Made by a program: the position numbers and the translations under genes
Shown: positions 62,721-64,000 of the stretch, one piece after another
Numbering within the stretch: the stretch's first letter is position 1
How the letters are laid out: each line of letters starts with the position of its first letter
Source: Lama guanicoe
Taxonomy: Eukaryota
DNA length: 64,000 bases
NCBI GenBank assembly: GCA_013239625.1
Contig: MU054117.1
Coordinates: 2,666,011 to 2,730,010, forward strand
Reading direction: 5' to 3'
The notes under the pieces: generated by a model
Seen by the model: only the letters and a program-made list of their open reading frames with translations
Told to the model about the DNA's origin: nothing
Database searches by the model: none

Positions 62721-63779
62721 TGGCTTTTTTTTTTTTTCCGTTCAGAGCGCACAGAGTGAATCAAGTTGGGGTTTGGGCAGCGGTGCGGTGGCCCGGGGGT
62801 CCCTGCGAGGAGGGGGAATGGGTCGGGCGGCTTGCAGACCCCCACCCGGACGTCTCCCTGCTCTCGCTACCCCCAGGGGAGCCCTTGGTGGGGCGGAAAA
62901 CCAGCAGGATCCGCGGAGAAGTTGGCGGTGGGGGTGCCCAGGGACGCCAGGCACAAGCCGGTCTGATCATAAGAGCTCCGCCTGTGCCCCCCGCCTACAC
63001 ACACAAGGAAGACCCATGGCCGCCCTGCTCCTCTGGAAGCCCTGCGGGCCGGCAGCTTTCCGTTCCCTGGGCCCAGGGAGAGTCAAGTTTTCTTCCTGGA
63101 CTGGAGAGAAGAGGAAGAGTGGACAGACCCCACCTATCCTGTCCTGTCCTGTGAGACGGCAGGTGCGGAGCTGCGGGAGCTGGGTCTAACCCATGGCGCC
63201 TGACAGATTCCATTACTTCCCAAAGCCGTGAAAGCCTGAGCTTATCCAGCCACTGTCTTTGGAAACTTGGCCACAGCGAGCCTGGTTACACATTTACCAG
63301 GTTGCTGGGCCGGGGAAGCCACTGGACGCAGGGAGAGCTGACAGGACCCCCCAACTGTGAAGGGGGAGCAGAGGGGAGGTGGGGTGGGGGTCTCAGAAGG
63401 CGGGAGTTGCTGTAGTCCTCGTGGAGGAAAACCTGAAATGGGGGGAGACTGGGAGAGACGCAGGGGCTACAGAACCCGCGTGGTGCAGCTGAGGGAAGAA
63501 TGAGGGGCGGTCTCCAAAGGCCGGCATGGCAGTGCTGGGGTGAGGGAGCCAATTGGAGGACCTGTGGTGATAGGAAACTGAGAGAAGATGAGATGGAGGG
63601 AGAGTGTGGACAAGACAGATGCTACCAAGTCCAAGGTCATACTGCGTTTATGTGACAGGCACCCCTGGAGTTGAGCAGTGCACAACCTGCACAGATGTAT
63701 GCGGTGCAGCCCTGTGAAAACCCCAGGTTCACGGTTTAACGGGGCTCTGCCCTGGAAGACTGCTGGCACTGTCTTTTTA

Positions 63780-64000
63780 TATTCTCACCCCTTCTCTGTT
63801 CTTTCCCCGGCATCCAGAACGATCTTTTTAAAGCATGAGAGCATGGCACTCGTGTGCAAAACCCCTCCAGTGACCTCTCATTGTACTGAGAACAGAAGCA
63901 AAACTCTGGGATCCTATGGGATCTGCCCTTGGCCTGCCCCTTCCACCTGGTCACTTTCTCTCTGCCTGGCTCCCCAAATCTGGCCCCAGCGACTTCCTTT
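63780..64000 (+). mobile_element. L2 fragment (runs off the window end)
   Basis: catccagaacgatctttttaaagcat...aaaacccctccagtgacctctcattg. Confidence 0.55.

Noticed and set aside
61965..63189. Overlapping 260-280 aa ORFs in all three + frames
   Set aside because: They coincide with the CpG island; low-complexity translations in several frames at once indicate a compositional artefact.
1..64000. A previously undescribed multi-gene biological system
   Set aside because: All credible coding sequence is explained by two known tetraspanins and transposon remnants; no unexplained gene, RNA gene or array was found.

Overview
GC-rich mammalian genomic DNA. It is probably from a camelid, based on a tRNA-derived SINE at 41787-41972 that resembles the camelid family as I recall it. 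Two tetraspanin genes lie tail-to-tail. TSPAN9 (+): six coding exons at 2922-6781 encode 218 aa plus stop; the first coding exon is upstream of the window, and a ~3.8 kb 3'UTR ends near AATAAA 10577. TSPAN11 (-): seven coding exons from ATG 43006 to stop 16472 give an intact 762-nt, 253-aa ORF, with a probable non-coding first exon in a CpG island at ~62.3-62.7 kb. The rest is intron and intergenic DNA with L1, L2, MIR, MaLR/ERV LTR and MER DNA-transposon remnants, plus one 211-N assembly gap flanked by a probable false duplication. Nearly all ORFs in the supplied track are GC-rich noise. I found no evidence of a new biological system. The best leads are small: an exactly duplicated 5' splice site in TSPAN9 whose use would trigger NMD, a candidate 6-nt microexon in TSPAN11, a strong CTCF site with its upstream module, and a paired-MEF2 enhancer candidate. 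Repeat family names come from recalled consensus sequences, not from a search, and repeat boundaries are approximate.
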